A stretch of DNA of 60,857 nucleotides, the filler included, from Nemertoderma westbladi (taxonomy: Eukaryota; Animalia; Xenacoelomorpha): assembly GCA_032718475.1 (NCBI GenBank). It is 3 parts of 3 records of this genome, joined end to end, with 100 filler letters (N's around TTAATTAATTAA, not from the genome) between each part and the next. Parts side by side here need not be neighbours in the genome. Positions count along the whole stretch, not along the records: positions 1 to 23,140 come from JAUCBJ010005526.1; positions 23,241 to 50,204 come from JAUCBJ010005550.1; 1 more part is not named here. One strand, given 5' to 3'. Both the position numbers and the translations under genes were made by a program. Below the pieces are notes generated by a model. That model searched no databases and was not told the DNA's origin. It saw nothing but the letters and a program-made list of their open reading frames with translations. Positions 22,501 to 36,007 of this stretch are shown here, one piece after another (positions within the stretch are counted from its first letter, which is position 1; each line of letters starts with the position of its first letter).

Positions 22501-23140
22501 CTGTACCTTTTATTATAGATCAGGCCCGTATTGTGATCATAATATCTGGGGGGGCAGAGGCCAAATCTGGGGGGGGGGGGGGGGGGGTGCAAACCCATTA
22601 CTGGGATTTGGGGAGCATACAACCAAGTGAGAGTTAATTTAGTACATAAATATAATAAACATTGTTGAACGGTGTATGGGGCGAGCCACAAAGTTGGCGG
22701 AGCCTTGGCGAACTGACAATATTGGAGTATGTCAATAATGGCAAATAGTTGTTGACGTAACGATTTCATTAACATACCATTCAAATAACTTTGTTAGATT
22801 TAAAGCTGTCGAATTGAAAATTTGTAGGCATAAATATATCCAAAACTTGACATTATTTAGTGACTTTTGACACCAACAGTTCAACAGTCTCCTGCTAGAT
22901 GGCTACATGTCTAAACATTAAATGTCCTCCCATTTCTTTGCTTTTAATCCGTTTATTAGGAAACTTGGCAGAATTGTACTAGACCATTACCTGTGTCATT
23001 TAAACTGTTTCTGATATCTTAAAAATTGACTGGAGTTTTCCAGACTACCTCTAAGTGTAAAGTGATCAAAGGACATCTGCTTAGATGTTGCTTATATTTC
23101 TTTCGGGTTGAGACGGGAAAGGACCCACTTCAGGCATAAT

Positions 23141-23240
23141 NNNNNNNNNNNNNNNNNNNNNNNNNNNNNNNNNNNNNNNNNNNNTTAATTAATTAANNNN
23201 NNNNNNNNNNNNNNNNNNNNNNNNNNNNNNNNNNNNNNNN
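23141..23240. other. Artificial contig spacer (44 N + TTAATTAATTAA + 44 N)
   Basis: Exactly 100 nt, with stop codons in all six frames; identical to 50205-50304. Confidence 0.98.
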
Positions 23241-23977
23241 CAAACCAACACTTAATATCAAACTAATGAACTTAACGCACACTGAATCACTGTGCATACT
23301 TTTATATTGTTATACTGCTATTTACTGTCAGTTCTTCATAATATGGTTGATGAATTATTATATTTGGAATAACGATAAATAACCCCGAAACCCAATATTC
23401 TTGATATACCGAAGGTAAGAGAGAAAGGTTACATATAACGATTGTGACTTATGTTAAAGTGGTTTGAAGTGAATCTAATGTTATTTGATAGACCCTACAT
23501 GAGTCAGTCCGTGTTCCTTTTATATATAACTAAAATCAGTGAAGATCGGCAGATCAGTGTGCAGTATTGTGCAGCATTGTGTATGAGTGATCCTGATAAC
23601 GAAGCATTTCCTAAAGAATGCGCCATATATGTGAATTATAACTAAGCCATATCGTTGTGAGTAGTTTAAGTCATAACTCTGTTTGTATAGATAAAGCGCC
23701 ACGTCCTAAAGGAACTGTTAATATTCCCCGAAGGTGAATAATATTGTCAGAGATTATATAATACTGTCAGTCGAATAATACATTAGGCTTACATAGCAAT
23801 AAGATTAAGCCGTCGAACCCAATCTCCCGGGTATATCCAGCGGGTGAATGATCGCGCACAGATTGGTTTCGACTAGTGTAGTGAATTAAATACTTGTCAT
23901 AGACTAAAAGTGATTTATTATCTAGAAGACATCCTAATTTGGCGGGTTAAACTGCCAAAGGTCTGAAAGCGCGAACA
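23241..23977 (+). mobile_element. 3' part of an LTR (family A), either a 3' LTR or a solo LTR, inserted into a LINE
   Basis: About 23310-23977 is the reverse complement of about 4036-3368 with scattered substitutions. It ends GCGCGAACA and is followed directly by LINE endonuclease sequence. Confidence 0.88.
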
Positions 23978-26900
23978 AAACTTGCTATCGGTCTATTCTA
24001 TCGGCCTAGCACCACCCCTAGTAACTTCTGGGAAGTAGCTAATTCTATGGTTTCAGAAGCAAAGAGTTTAGGATTCAAGGAGATTCTTATTTTGGGAGAC
24101 TTCAATCAGGACCTTTTAGTTCCAACTAAATGTCGTGATATTTCCTCTCTTATATTGCATCAGTGTTTGTTCCAGTATATTCAGGAGCCTACTCGCATAA
24201 CCCAAACTACTAGTACATCACCTCACCATCCCCAGTTATTTCCACTCTTCCGAATTCTATCTTTAACATAGATATTTCCAGCCCTTACGGTACAAGCGAC
24301 CACTGCGTAATTTCTTTCTCTTATAAATTTCCTATTAACACAATACCAGCATACACTAGACGGATCTGGCTTTATAAGGAGGTGGATTTTCCAAAATTCG
24401 GGCGCCTTTTGACTGAAACTAATTGGGACAGTGTCTACACGGACTACACTGATGTTGACGACATCGTTTCGGCCTGGACAGACCGATTTTTCCTTTGTGC
24501 GAGTTCTTCAATTCCGAATAAAATTATTACAGTATGCCCAAATGATAAGCCGTGGTATACCACTGAGTTAAGACGCCTCTCTCGCATTAAAGATAGAGTA
24601 CATCGGGTTGCTAAATCCACCAACAATGGCAACTCTTGGAACAACTTTCGTTCAGCTAGAAATAAGTACGTTCTAGAATGCCGCAAAGCCAAAAATGAGT
24701 ATTTTGCAAACCTTTCAGAAAAACTTCTTGCAACAAGGTCTTCCAGCAAACAATGGTGGTCAATTTGCAAACAATTAATGGGAAAAGCTCTGGAACCGGA
24801 GATTCCCTCGGTATCTCATAATAACATCGTTGCTGTGTCACCCAAGGAGAAGGCGAACCTCTTTAACTCTTTCTTTATTGATCAATACTCACTGGACGAA
24901 TCTAACTTCATTATGCCCCAAACTGCTCCTCCGGAACCTATACTTACTTTTGTGCATCTGAAATTCTGTGCGACATTAAAGCTTTAGACCCAGATGGTGC
25001 TACCTGTCCTGCCGAAGGAATTTCAAACAGAATGATAAAGGCTGGAATGCCTGTGATAATAGATCATGTTTCCAAATTATTTCAATTTATCTTTGATAGC
25101 GGGTATCATAAAAAAAAATGGAAAATGCGCTATGTCCTGCCACTCTAGAAAAAATTTCCATATGATATTTGTAACAACTTTCGTCCAGTTGCCCTTACCA
25201 GTAACCTTGGGAAGGTATTCGAGCACTACATCCATAGAATAATCTTCACTCATGTTAAGACCTACATCTCCAAATTTCAGTCTGGTTTCAAGGGTGGGGA
25301 CGGTACTATCTATCAATTGATTTCACTCTATAACGCCCTTGTTCGTGCTTTAGACAAAGGGAAGGAGGTCCGAATTGTATTTCTAGATATAAGTAAGGCT
25401 TTTGACAAAGTCCATCACAAAAGTCTGCTGCATAAAATTGAAAACATGGGAATTGGGGGGAAGCTTCTGGAATGGCTCCACAACTATTTGAATGACAATT
25501 TTCAATGTGTTGTAGTGAATGGTCAGCAATCGTCTTGGGTGAAGGTCTTGGCTGGAGTCCCCCAAGGTTCTGTCCTGGGACCCCTACTGTTTTTGATTTT
25601 CATCAATGACATAGTGGATGTAGTTAGTGGCAACATTAGCCTTTATGCTGATGACACCGCTCTCTACATAGAGGTCAATTCCAGGTCCAACTGCATTCTT
25701 GCCGCATCCAATCTTAATGCAGACCTTACTTCAATATCCAATTGGGGTGCACGGTAGTTAGTTCAATTCAATCCCTCGAAGACTAAGAGTATGCTGTTCT
25801 CACATCGCAGGTCACGCGATCCTAATCATCTTCCTCTCTTCCTCAATGGTATCTCATCCCCGAAGTTGAAGAGCACCAACACCTTGGTCTTATTCTTTCA
25901 TCCTCCCTAAAATGGCACTCACAGGTTGAAAAAATTCTAAAATCTGCAAATAATAAGTTAAATATGTTACGAATTGTTAAATACAAGGTTAGCAGGGATG
26001 CACTCATGAATATTTACAAATCTTTTGTCCGCTCAAACTTGGAATATGCCAGTACCGTTTGGGACAACTGCTCTCAGGATCTCAAAATGGAGTTGGAGCT
26101 CCTAAATAAGGAAGCTATTCGAATAGTTTGCAGATTGACAGTTTCTTGCCACACGAGCAAACTGTATAAGGAATCTGGGCTGTGCCCACTTCAACAAAGA
26201 TGAGATTTTCAGAAATTGTGTGTATTCTACAAAATGATGACGGACAGCGCCCCCCAACACATATTGGATATCCTTCCACCTGTTGTTAGGTCCGCTAGTG
26301 CATACAACACCCGCAACTCCACGAATGTACGCCCTCCTATGGCCCATAGGAACTTCTACAGAGATTCGTTCCTACCTTCTACTGTTAGATTGTGGAACTC
26401 ACTTCCGATCGATTTGCGTTCTTCAGGCACAATTGAAAGTTTCTGGAATGGTGTATTTCCAGTAATATGTTCCTCGTCTCCCGTTCCCTATTATTATACC
26501 CTGGGATCACCATCAATCAATGGCCTATTGGCGCGACTCAGATGCAATTGCTCCTCACTGAATTCCGATCTCTTCTCTAACCATGTTAAATTAACAAAAT
26601 CATGTTCTCGCGGTCATCAGCGAGAGGACGCATTCCACTACTTTATGGAATGTTTCCATTATCACTCTCTTCATGTTGTCTTGCATGCAGCTATTTCAAA
26701 TTTAGGACTAAGGCCAACATTGACTACTATCTTATATGGCCCTCCAACAGATGTTAATCACCCACCCTCCATAACTAAGCAGCACACCAAGGTGCAGGCT
26801 CTTATCGACCTAATCTCCGCATTTGTATCCAACACGGGTCGTTTTAATTTCCTAGGGGATTAGTGTCATCCAACATCGGCACGGCGACCTAGACGCTCAT

Positions 26901-27315
26901 TATCTTAATGAAATGAATAACCTACAATAAACCCAGATATTATTTTTTTAAATTACAACCGAACCTATAGTAGTTCTTTTTTAACCTAAATCTTCGCCTC
27001 TACAAATTTTAATTTACAACATTTGTGGTTGCAACACACAAATTTTTTTTTATTCTACTTATATGTAACAGTAATTTCTATATTCATTCTACTGATTGCT
27101 TAATGGCTGGCTTACTTTTGGGATATCAATTTTTCAACTTCCTACTGCGCTGGATCTTCACGTATGTTTTTGGTTTGGGTATGTGTGGTGTGTGTGTTAC
27201 CTCGTTCCTTTTTATGTAGTAGTACCTGGGTATGTGCACTGTGCTTCTTTCCTTTGTATGTCTGTTGTGCAAATTGTATTGTAATTATTGACAAGAGGGC
27301 TCTCATAAGCTTCGG

Positions 27316-27342
<27 letters not shown>
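23978..27342 (+). mobile_element. Degenerate CR1/L2-group LINE ORF2 (partial APE endonuclease, RT, C-terminal Cys/His motif) with 3' UTR and poly(A)
   Basis: Motifs IGLFYRP, ILGDFN, PTR, SDHC, KPWYT, FLDISKAFDKV, GVPQGSVLGPLLF, LYADD, LEYASTVW and RLRCNCSSLN...EDAFHYFMEC. There are several frameshifts and stops. A-tail at 27316-27342. Confidence 0.95.
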
Positions 27343-27347
<5 letters not shown>

Positions 27348-27640
27348 AAGTTAGTAGAGTTAATAGAGTAAGAGAGTTAGATAGTAAGTAGTAAGTAAGA
27401 AGTAAGATTTAGATAAGGTAGATAGAATGATAGCACAGTATAGTAGCATAAGAACTTGGCACCTTTGGGAGTGGTAGAGAGTACAGGAGCACAGGGAGAT
27501 ATGGAGAGGGGGTGTTGGTGGGTGAGAGTGCAGACGAGTGCAATTCAGAGTGGAGTTAAAGCGAGCAGAGTGAAGTTAGATAGAGTAAGAGAGAGTAGAG
27601 TGGAGTTAGAGTGGAGCTGAAGTGGAGTTAGAGTGAGGAG
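27343..27640. repeat. Degenerate purine-rich (AGAGT)n-like simple repeat
   Basis: AGAGT, AGTA and GGAGT units follow the LINE tail. Confidence 0.7.
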
Positions 27641-27888
27641 TTTTTAAAATTGTGTGAGGATTCCACAATTGTCTCAAACAGAGACGCCAGATGTCTTGGG
27701 TGTAACATAGGTTGCGGTTGCACCAAGAAGTGGTAGTAATATCATACCCAGAGGGAGCGGCCTGGAAAGCCGACTCCAAGAAAAGAACTCCACCCCACAC
27801 CCGATAGTAGATCGGGTTCCAGCGGAATTGAAGCGCACTCATAGGTGATGCTATCTTCTCACCGCGAAGATAGCATGGGGGGGGGGTG

Positions 27889-28120
27889 GTGTGAGCGGAT
27901 TCAATTCCGCCGCATTACCCTCACAAAGTTAGGACAGTGGCGCCTTTTCAGATCACAACCAATAACCGGGGACAACACAAACCCCAAAGCCACACAAAGG
28001 GAGGTTAGAGGTCAAATCACCTCGGGAGAGGAAACAACCAGCAGGGGCCAACAACAGGGGGAAGCACTCCCAGAGAGGGGAGAGGCGTGAAGTAGATTAT
28101 CAGCCAATAGGGGCGAGGGA
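27889..28120. repeat. Dispersed GC-rich repeat, copy 1 (copy 2 at 31102-31374)
   Basis: Collinear shared blocks: TGTGAGCGG..AATTCCGCC, AATAAC.GGGGACAACAC, AGCCACACAAA.GAGGTTAGAGGTCAA, AGCCAAT..GGGGCGAGGGAGA. Confidence 0.8.
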
Positions 28121-28479
28121 GAGCATCCACTGGATGAAAGGCCACAGCAGCGTAGGAGTTATTAGATATATATTGTCAATGCATTACCATACCGGTTCAG
28201 TTACTCAGTCATCAGTTTAGTGCAGACCGGTGATATTTCACACCGTAATCGTCACTGCCATCAACATACATCATACCGGTATCCGTATTATACATTATTG
28301 TATCTACTATCCTTACTGTGCTATTACATTATCCAAATATTAAGAAACATCAATCAACCCTTATTGTTTTCACTGCAACGGCCTCGGCCTAGATATCACC
28401 AGCAACAATCCCTAAGGTAAACACAGTGACGCGTAGTATACAAATCTGGTCGGGATCCCTTGATCCCGTCACAGTCAAT

Positions 28480-29760
28480 ATGATCCACCCGTGGTTTTTT
28501 GTTATAAAACTGAAACAAACGCAGTTGTGAATCTGAAATTTTACGACTTTTCCTAAAAATCTATTATCTTCCTAATAGTTAAAACGGTTTTCAAAAATAT
28601 TGGGAAGTTTTCGAGTTATAGCACCATTTTTTAACCATAATTTAGGCACTTTTATTGAGACGTTTTTTGAAAATTATATTTCATGAAAGATGATTTGTAA
28701 CATCTCTATTTTTGATTTACACCGGTTTTTTGGGTGTTTGCAATTAGATGGAATTCATATAAATTAATTTTGAAATTTCAAATTTTGGTGCCAGCTCCAA
28801 ATTTTGAAATATGTCTATTTTGTAAATTGATTGTTTTGAACCTGTTTTTTTAGCAATAGGGGTTTTTAGGGTTCTGGCTTCGATGGAATATATACGAGTT
28901 GCACCAGGGGTGTATTGTAAACTGTATTGTATTTTTCGGTACTGTGTGCAAAATTTGGTACCAGTACGAAATTTTGAAAATCAATTAAATAGTTCAATTG
29001 CTTGTGACATCTTATTTCTAGCGTTTTAGAGGTTAATGGCGGTTCTGAATTAAATGGAGTAAATAATTATTTAACTAGACATCAAACTTCTATTTTTCGG
29101 AAGTGGGTCCAAAATTTGGTGCTAGCACCTAATTTTGAAATCCATCAAATTAGTTCAATTGATTGTGTCACCGTGTTTCTTGCGTTATGCGGGTTTGTGA
29201 GCGTTTTGAATTCAACGGAATAAGTAAAAATTGCATAAGAGTTTTCAACCTTGTATTTTTTGGTGAAAATTGTTGTACCAGCACCAAATTTTTGAAAATA
29301 TGCAAATTGATCAATAGTTAGTATCATCTTTGCGTTATACGGGTTTATGAGGGTCCTGAATCCGATGGAATCAATAAAAACAGCACTGGACATCTCAAAC
29401 TTATACTTTTTGGTGATGGATACGACATTTGGTGCTAGCGCCAAAATTTACCATATTACGCCGAAAAATACCAGTAGCAATGAGCTGGCAAATTTGAAAT
29501 GTATTCCATTAGAATCAGCGTTCGAGAAAATCTAAAAATGTGAATTTATAGCATTTAAACTGAAAAGTGCTGGTTACGTGTTTTTTTAATTTTTTTGCCT
29601 ACTTAGATGACTAAAACGGCCATTTATAGTAATGATATCATTTTTAAATATTTTCCAATGGATTTTGCGCCCCAGAAAACCTGTATTGAAAAACAATTAG
29701 CCGATAACTATAACTTTAAAAGTTTATGAAAATTGTTCACAACTTCTAATTTGAAATCTG
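28480..29760. mobile_element. Probable non-autonomous DNA transposon remnant with degenerate subrepeats of about 160 bp
   Basis: The motif TTTGGT(G/A)C(C/T)AGC..C.AATTTT recurs at about 28785, 28957, 29117, 29275 and 29428. Termini were not identified. Confidence 0.4.
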
Positions 29761-30943
29761 CTCTTTCATGCTCATTACATGGGTAACATTTTTATAATGA
29801 TTGAATTTTATTAATTGTACTAATAATTATTATTATATATGGATAAACGTGGAGGGGATAACAGGGGATATAGTCAATGGGTTATGGACCAGGATGATGT
29901 ATAATTTTATAAGAAACCATTATATTATTAAATTTGGGAGGGAGTATAACATAAATGACCTTTGGGGGGGGGGGGTAATTCACAGTATAAAATGTTCAAT
30001 TGAAGTGGAGTGGTCGTTTATGGAGGGGTTTTTGAACGGGTGGAAAGTGTTTCTTTAATATTTAGTTATAGTAAATTGTTGTCAGTGATGAGGATTTTAA
30101 AATGATCTGTATGGATGGGGAGGTCAAAGGACATGGAATGGACAAAGATGGCGGAATATTTAGGAGGGACAGAGAAACTTCCCGTACGGTAGGTCTTACC
30201 AGTACTGTATGTTCCTCAATACACTACCCAAGGTGTCTTATGTTACGGCGTATGTAGGAGGCTAGGCAGCTTCCACAGTTATATTTGTATACGTCACCAG
30301 AACGTATAAGAAGAGGAACAAAGTTGTCTTTGGAAGGAAAAGAGGGGAAAATCTACAACTATTTCGGGAGACTATTTTAAGTTCAATGTGCGGGAAACAA
30401 CGGAATAACCGTTACGTTATAGGCTATTCTTAATAAGAATGCCATGGTGACCTGTGAGAGGAAGATATGAAACAAACTGTAGCTCGCGAGTATTTTGCAA
30501 GGCCATCGACATTCCAAAATGTCCGGATCATCAGTAACCACAAAGAAAATGTCGCATGTAAAAAGAAAACTAATTAATTAAACAGTAAATATTTGATGAA
30601 ATCTCATTGATGTATGACACAAAACAGTACTCGGCATTACCATAATTGAGTGTACGTTTGAATAATATATGGCCCCCCCATTCACATTAGAAGTACCATT
30701 AGCAAGGCTTTCAGAAATTTTGTCATGTTATTTTCGAGCGTTAAATTATTTATAAAAATAAATGACCTTCACCTCGCATTTCATAATTATAAAGGTGTTG
30801 CATTGAATACATAAAGACAGTTTTGGACTAAAAATTTTATAAATGTTTTTTTTTCCGTAGTGATTTACGAGTAAGTTTTGAACATACATTTTCCTAATCA
30901 TATTTGTAATCATTTTAATATCTTTAATGGTTCCAAGTGCCAG

Positions 30944-30974
<31 letters not shown>

Positions 30975-31101
30975 ACCCATCCACTAAATTGATCATTCTT
31001 GTATGAATGAGCCCACAACGAGCTCTTTCATAGTCCTACTATAGTTAATAACTTGTTTAAATATTATTATATGAATGGGAGAATCTTTTAGGCTCGTTAA
31101 G

Positions 31102-31374
31102 TGTGAGCGGCTTTAATTCCGCCTCACTATCCCCATAAAGTTGGGAAGTGGCGTTTTCAGCAATATTGGGGGATACGAGGTTAATCACAAATTAATCTCG
31201 TATCACCCCCAATAACGGGGACAACACACGGCCCCGAAGAGCCACACAAAAGAGGTTAGAGGTCAACCTACCTCGAGAAGGGAAGTGACAGGAGCGGGGG
31301 GGGGGGGGGGGGGAAACACTCCCACAGAGGTGGGAGCCGAGAATTAGGTTGTTAGCCAATGAGGGGCGAGGGAG
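31102..31374. repeat. Dispersed GC-rich repeat, copy 2
   Basis: Homologous to 27889-28120, with an extra internal hairpin at about 31165-31213. Confidence 0.8.
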
Positions 31375-31431
31375 ATCTATTTAATTAAAACTGCATGTTT
31401 TTTTAATTGCTAAATTATGAATAAATAAATT

Positions 31432-33010
31432 ATAAATTGTTAAATAGTGACGGTATTGCTACCTTTGTATTTTGAATCTACATATGGAAAATTTAATAAT
31501 ACTAAACGTTAAGTGAGTTGATAAGTAATTTTAGCTTAGATTCTCCTATGCATTCAACTTATGAATCCACTTAAATTATCTTTTAAAATAAAGGGGAAGT
31601 TACCTTTTTGATAATTTTTGAAATTTTGATTTTTGAATAATTTTGCTACTGAAATACATTGAAAAGCTGCGGAACTTATATATTCATACACCTTAATAAC
31701 TCTTCTAATAGATGGGCTTGATTTAAAATTATCAGGATCTTATTTTTGAGGAATTTTTCGTGAAAATAATATGGCTTGTAAGAGTAGCTGACATGTATGT
31801 TACATTTTGTGTTTCAATATATGTATAATTTATATATATGTTTAAAACACAAACCGTCGCAAAATGCTACCTTATTGTTTTATTTAGCGTTTTTGACTAA
31901 TACTTATTTGAGAAAGCGGTTTTTCACCTTTTCATTGTTGATTCAGGTGAATCAAATACATGCCAGGCATCGGTATAATGTGCAATGGTAAATTGTGCCA
32001 GACACAGAAGCATAAGGGGCGAGTCATGCGTTAGTGTAAGCCTTCAGGGTATGGCTATCAGTAAATTTAATTTATCTCGATGCAGCTCTTCTCTCTTTCA
32101 GTTTGTCTTACCTTTTTTTATTATTATGGGTAAACTGGATAGCTACTACTGGCGGTTCCGTACTTTACGATTTCAAGGAAAGCAATTACCTTCTATGCAC
32201 CATTGCCGTATCCCCAGATTTTCATACTTCAATAATAAATTGGCTGTTTGGGTAAATAAATAATTTGAATATGACTTGAATAATTGAACAGAAAGTAGCG
32301 TTGATTTTCTAATAGCAGTTAGAGATGTAAAACGTTTTATGCTTTTAATTAATAAACAACAATTTAGGAAATTATCATAAAACTGAAAGAAATACTTATT
32401 AAATACATAATCTGAAAATTTACTTCTGGAAAAATTATAAAATATTAATGTTTCAGAATAATAGCTTCTGTTACATTTTTGTGGTAAATGTGTTTCCACG
32501 GGGAAAAATAATACTATTTCAATAAAAAAGTTGTGATAATAAATTGTTAGATTTCAAATAAATCAATTAAAATTTGTTAAATATTGTCGGTACTGCTACT
32601 TTTGTATTTAGAATCTACATATGCAAAATTTAATAACAATAACCGCCATCTGGTTTGATAAGTAATTTTTAGCATTTATTCTCCCATATATTAAACATAT
32701 AAATCCACTTAAATTATCTTTTAAAATAAATGTGTAAGTCATTTTTCGATAATTTTAGAAATTACATTTTTTTAATTATTTTACCATTTAAATACATAGT
32801 AAATTAACAAAACTTAATATCCGTACAACTTAATATGTCTTCTAAGAGATGCGCTTGTTTTTAAATTTTCAGGATGCCCATTTTCTGTAAATTTTTGTCA
32901 GAATAGTACGGCTTGTATGAATAGCTGACCCCTATGTTACATTTTGTGTCTCACTATATGTTTACATTACAAACAAAGTGCTACCTTATTTTAAAATTAT
33001 ATTTAGCATA
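31432..33010. repeat. Old direct duplication of an AT-rich block of about 430 bp (31432-31890 and 32570-33010)
   Basis: Shared blocks GAATCTACATATG, ATCCACTTAAATTATCTTTTAAAATAAA, TAGCTGAC...TATGTTACATTTTGTGT and TGCTACCTTATT. Confidence 0.85.
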
Positions 33011-33261
33011 TGGGACTATGATGTAAGTCACTCTTCTATAACGTTTAGTAAGCATAAAATCCTTGTGGGATGTCCGCCTATCTGTCTAATTCAATATTTC
33101 AACATCAATATTACAGCAATTATTTCTTTTATGGCTCTATGGCAATCCTTGCTGGGCTCTTGCAGATTTACTGATGATCCTCATAGATAGTGTAGCTGAA
33201 AACAGAAACTTGAATTGGAAAAAAATGCAGTAACAAACCAAACAAGCTGGCAAGCCTGGAA

Positions 33262-34330
33262 GGTTCACGGTCCTCCTACTTAATCAGTACAATAATAATA
33301 CGTTTTCGTTCGGGTAGGCCTATGTTTCCTTTTCACTTGTTCCCATCGTAGGCGACCTCATGCTCCTGTGCTCATCCCACCACGACCACGACCACCAGTT
33401 ACGAGTTGGGTAGGCGTCTACCGGCAACCGGTAAGTAATTACGCGCCACACGACGTCATCCCGCCATCCGCCAACATTTATACCGGTACGGTAAGCCTAC
33501 CACCTACCGGCTGGCTACCATCGCACCGTAGGTCTACCGCCTACGCCTACCGGTCAACCGGTAACGGTAGGCTACCGCGTACCGGTACAGCGGTACTCAA
33601 AGTCGTACCGGTATTGTCGTAATTGACAAATGCAGGATTAAACCGTAACCCGTTCCAGTACCGGTACCATATGCATCTGAACGACTGGACGGTTAATCTC
33701 ATAGCATAGCTGCATAGGCCTACTGGTAGTCAGTGCGAAGTCGCCTGCGAACATGGCGAAATATTATATTTACTGCTAGGGCTAGGCTAGGACCTACTGC
33801 TGTACTGACCTATGACAGTATGAAGATAGGCAGATAGGCCTACAGTGGTCAGGTAGTACCGGTCCGGTATGCCTACTACAGGCAGACAATCAGACAGTAC
33901 TAGCAGTGCTAATTAATTACCTTAATTAAATCTTCAATTAGGTCATAATGTAGGTCCAAATTTAAAAATCGGCCTCCGTTAATCGATTTACAAATAATTC
34001 AGGTACCTCCATGCCAAATATCAGAATCATTCATTGCGTTCCCTATGACAAGATAGCTTTTTCCTAAACCATGCGAAAACACGCAAATATAGCGCTCACA
34101 TCGCACAAATACCATCTCGACACCCAATTTTTTGTATGAGCCTTCGCCATCCCTATATCTAACTTTTGTCCAAATTTTGTTTCGATTGATTAATAAATAA
34201 CTGAGATATCGCTCTGGCACACACACACACACACACACACTAACACACACACACACACACATTACGGTAATAATGGTCACCTATGTCAAGGACCGTGAAC
34301 CAACACCTATGTCAAGGACCGTGAACCAAT
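33262..34330 (+). mobile_element. Helentron/DINE-like (HINE) non-autonomous rolling-circle element
   Basis: A 13-bp subterminal inverted repeat, GGTTCACGGTCCT (33262-33274) and AGGACCGTGAACC (34289-34301). A (CA)n tract at 34218-34260 lies just before a 3' stem-loop, and the 26-bp 3' end is duplicated. Confidence 0.6.
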
Positions 34331-35476
34331 ACTACATCATTGGAAATATGCCACGCAACCCGCAATAGTAAATACGATTGCATTTTCATGAGTTTTGAGT
34401 TTTCACTCTCTCTTTGGCACAAATTAATCCTAAATTAATGTAATTATTAATTAATACATAGATATTTTTATGAGAACCGATATTAATTGACTATTTTCAT
34501 TATACCTATATTATAAACTAGCACTTTACTGAGTTCTATTCCGAGTGATCCAGAGATCGATAGTGGTAAAGTACAGTAGGCCTACATATAACAACTAATT
34601 AGTCAGAAACTACATGAGTTATAGTTTATAATTCTATTCTTAGCGAGGTAACCAAAACGATGGTAAAGCCATGTAAAGAAGATTCAGGTTTAGGTTCAGT
34701 TTCATTGTAAAGCTCCCTAGCAATGTATCGTCTCTCTTGAATTGACAAATATATTATATTAGGCCAGTGCTACTCTTGTGCTACTGTACAAGTAGTGCTA
34801 TATAACAACAACAATTCGTTGTTAATACTAACGGCGCTAAGTAAAGTTCAAATTTTTATTACTTAAATGAAGTAAAAGTAAATTAATTTAAAAATACGAT
34901 AATGAAACTACACACTGTGTAATCTACCTGTTTAGTGTTTATATCGTCGGTGATATGGCGAACAGCCAAAGTGCTATTTTGGCTAAAATGAGGTTTTAAC
35001 TGAAATTTGTACTAGAGTACCTTAGGGAGGTGTGATATAAACGCCAAAGTGATACTGACATCCACTGCTTCAGAAAAGAGATGTGTCTTAGCCAAAGTGA
35101 GAATTGCAAATTAAGAGTAGGAGTTGTGGTAAAAACGCCAAAGTGCAAGATATTGATAAAATCGCACTTGTCGCTTCTGTCATGTTACTACTGTACAAGT
35201 GTATTTTTTGCTTAGAAAGCCCAAACTTGGTATGGAAAAAAAGCCAAAGTGATCACTTAACATAGTTTGCCAGTGTAGGCATATATTCCGGCTGTAGTCC
35301 GGATAATAAATGGTTGGCTAAACTTTCAGTTTGTATTGAAATTCATTATAAAAAATCATACTGGCTGCTACAATTCCATTGTTTTCTTAAAGAATTTAGC
35401 TCGTGCTCCTGTAGCTATTATTAGTTTGTTTGTTTGTTTGTGGCTGGATGCCTGGGTTTGTGGCTAGTTTGTAACA

Positions 35477-36006
35477 AGGTGTAACTAGAGAAACATGGTA
35501 TAACTAGAGAAAGATGGTGTAACTAGAGAAACATGGTGTAACTAGAGAAACATGGTGTAACTAGAGAAACATGGTGTAACTAGTGTAACATGGTGTAACT
35601 AGAGAAACATGGTGTAACTAGAGAAACATGGTGTAACTAGAGAAACATTATGTAACTAGAGACACATGGTGTAACTAGAGAAACATGGTGTAACTAGAGA
35701 AACATGGTGTAACTAGAGAAACATGGTGTAACTAGAGGAACATGGTGTAACTAGAGAAACATTATGTAACTAGAGAAACATGGTGTAACTAGAGAAACAT
35801 GGTGTAACTAGAGAAACATGGCGAAACTAGTGCAACATGGTGAAACTAGTGTAAAATTGTGTAACCAGTGTAAAATGGTGTAACTAGTGTAAAATGGTGT
35901 AACTAGTGTAAAATGGTGTAACTAGTGTAACATGGTGTAACTAGTGTAAAATGGTATAACTAGTGTAACATGGTGTAACTAGTGTAAAATGGTGTAACTA
36001 GTGTAA
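35477..36006. repeat. 19-bp minisatellite TGGTGTAACTAGAGAAACA, switching to the variant TGGTGTAACTAGTGTAAAA
   Basis: About 28 copies; ends abruptly at the BEL LTR. Confidence 0.97.
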
Positions 36007-36007
36007 T

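Noticed and set aside
23185-23196. TTAATTAATTAA as a biological site (also 50249-50260)
   Set aside because: It is centred in symmetric N runs and is a synthetic six-frame-stop linker.
27890-27900. lac-operator-like TGTGAGCGGAT suggesting vector contamination
   Set aside because: The match is only 11 bp, lies within a genomic repeat that has a diverged second copy, and no other vector sequence is present.
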